NCBI GenBank assembly: GCA_963719315.1
Contig: CAVRBU010000004.1
Span: forward strand, 736,001-800,000
Length of the DNA stretch: 64,000 nt
DNA from: an uncultured Planctomycetota bacterium
Lineage (GTDB): Bacteria; Planctomycetota; Planctomycetia; Pirellulales; Lacipirellulaceae
Direction of reading: 5' to 3'
This document shows, in pieces, positions 62,677 to 64,000 of the stretch. Each line of letters starts with the position of its first letter. The first letter of the stretch is position 1. Under the pieces are notes generated by a model. The model did no database searches, was not told the origin of the DNA, and saw only the letters and a list, made by a program, of their open reading frames with translations. The position numbers were made by a program, and so were the translations under genes.

Positions 62677-63987
62677 TTAGGAGGTGATCGGTAAAGACCA
62701 GGGCGCGCGGTAGGGGCGACTTACCATCTTTTGAAGCTCGTCATCGCCGACCATTTGCTCTTTCTGAGGATCCCAGTGAACGGTCTTTTTCGAGCGAACG
62801 GCGATGTTGCCTAGATGGCAGACCGTGGCAGAGCGATGACCGATCGCTACGTCGCAAATCGGCAGCTTCCTGGAACGAATACAGTCCAGCCAATTACCGT
62901 GATGGTCCTTGCTTTCGTACAAGTGAACATCAGAATCGGTGAGCGGTTCTTCGGCTAGATTGGCCGGTTTCGTCTCCAGGATATTTCGACTGACGTGAAT
63001 CGTGCCATCTTGACCTTCGAACGTCGTGCCGCCCCGTTCACTCTGTCCGCAAATTAGCGTGGTACCATCCGCGTACTTGTATGTGACCTTGCACCATTCG
63101 GGCACTTCGAACAAACCTTCGGCGTTGTATCGGGCCTTACCTACAGCGGAAACAGGGCCGCTTTCATCCATCCCCAGACCCCATTGGGCAATATCCAAAT
63201 GGTGGGCGCCCCAGTTCGTCATTTGGCCGCCCGAATAATCCCAAAAGAAGCGGAAGTTGTAATGGACGTGCATGGGATCATACGGCTTGAGCGGCGCCGG
63301 GCCGAGCCAAAAGTCATAATCGAGCTCCGGCGGTGGCTCTTTGCGCCCGGCGTCGATCGGTTTCTTTTTGCCGATGTTCACGCCGGAAATCCCCGCGCGC
63401 ACCGTGTGCACTTTGCCGATCCGGCCCGATCGCACCAATTCGCATCCGAGCCGGAACCGATCATCCGATCGCTGTTGACTGCCCGTCTGCACGATCCGCT
63501 CGTTGGATCGGGCGGCAGCGATCATCGCCTGACCCTCGGCGATCGTGAGCGTCAGCGGCTTCTCGCAATAGACATCTTTCCCGGCCCGGCAGGCGTCGAT
63601 CGTCGTCAAGGCGTGCCAATGGTCGGGCGTGCTGACGACTACCGCGTCCACCTCTTTGTTATCGAGCAACTTTCGGTAATCGCCATACGTGGCGCACTTC
63701 CGCCCCGTCTGTGATTCGACCCTACTGCGAGCCGCGTTCAAAAACCTCGAATCCACGTCGCACAAGGCCACGACGTCCGTGCGATCGAGCATCTTCAAAA
63801 AAGCGCTGAGGTTTTGGCCGCCGCGATTGCCGACGCCGATAAAGCCGAGGCGAATGCGATCGCTGGGAGCCGCCGAGTTTGGCGTGCCGAAGGCGCGGGG
63901 TGAAACGATCGTCGGCAACGCGCCCGCGGCCGCGCCGGCCACCGTTAGCGCCGTGTTGCGGAGAAACTCACGTCGATTGTTACGCAT
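62677..63987 (-). CDS. Gfo/Idh/MocA oxidoreductase with Tat signal
   Basis: NRREFL, GFIGVGNRG, TPDHWH, VYCEKPL, WGAHHLD. Confidence 0.93.
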   Translation of the reverse strand: MRNNRREFLRNTALTVAGAAAGALPTIVSPRAFGTPNSAAPSDRIRLGFIGVGNRGGQNLSAFLKMLDRTDVVALCDVDSRFLNAARSRVESQTGRKCATYGDYRKLLDNKEVDAVVVSTPDHWHALTTIDACRAGKDVYCEKPLTLTIAEGQAMIAAARSNERIVQTGSQQRSDDRFRLGCELVRSGRIGKVHTVRAGISGVNIGKKKPIDAGRKEPPPELDYDFWLGPAPLKPYDPMHVHYNFRFFWDYSGGQMTNWGAHHLDIAQWGLGMDESGPVSAVGKARYNAEGLFEVPEWCKVTYKYADGTTLICGQSERGGTTFEGQDGTIHVSRNILETKPANLAEEPLTDSDVHLYESKDHHGNWLDCIRSRKLPICDVAIGHRSATVCHLGNIAVRSKKTVHWDPQKEQMVGDDELQKMVSRPYRAPWSLPITS

Positions 63988-64000
63988 ACCCCTTACCCCT

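Noticed and set aside
1..64000. tRNA, rRNA, riboswitches, sulfatase-maturating enzyme gene
   Set aside because: None recognised by eye; covariance searches were not run

Overview
GC-rich bacterial window whose gene content (PEP-CTERM/dockerin-like exported proteins, many Cys-type sulfatases, HEAT-repeat and Gly-rich 'protocadherin-like' proteins) suggests a Planctomycetota genome; this is an inference. From left to right it holds: a VTC/DUF4956 operon; pirin/HxlR; a ~33 kb sulfatase island bracketed by two inverted copies of an NTF2-like + Gly-rich gene pair; EamA and SulP transporters; a REP-flanked remnant of an MmeI-like restriction-modification gene whose middle is replaced by two lower-GC ORFans; solA split by an intact IS21; and a polysaccharide-degradation cluster. 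The best finding is an IS110-family element (14868-16842) inserted in an arylsulfatase. Its ends share a GA core, and circularising them creates a sigma70-like promoter (TTGAAA-17-TATGAC). Its downstream non-coding end folds into an internal loop whose two strands match the two halves of the actual insertion site, which is a readable bridge/seek-RNA candidate. Other points of interest are several dispersed inverted-repeat families with tandem 9-nt arms, head-to-tail gene deletion scars, and a Cys-rich repeat protein. About ten single-base frameshifts are most likely long-read errors. All product calls come from motif recognition; no database search was run.
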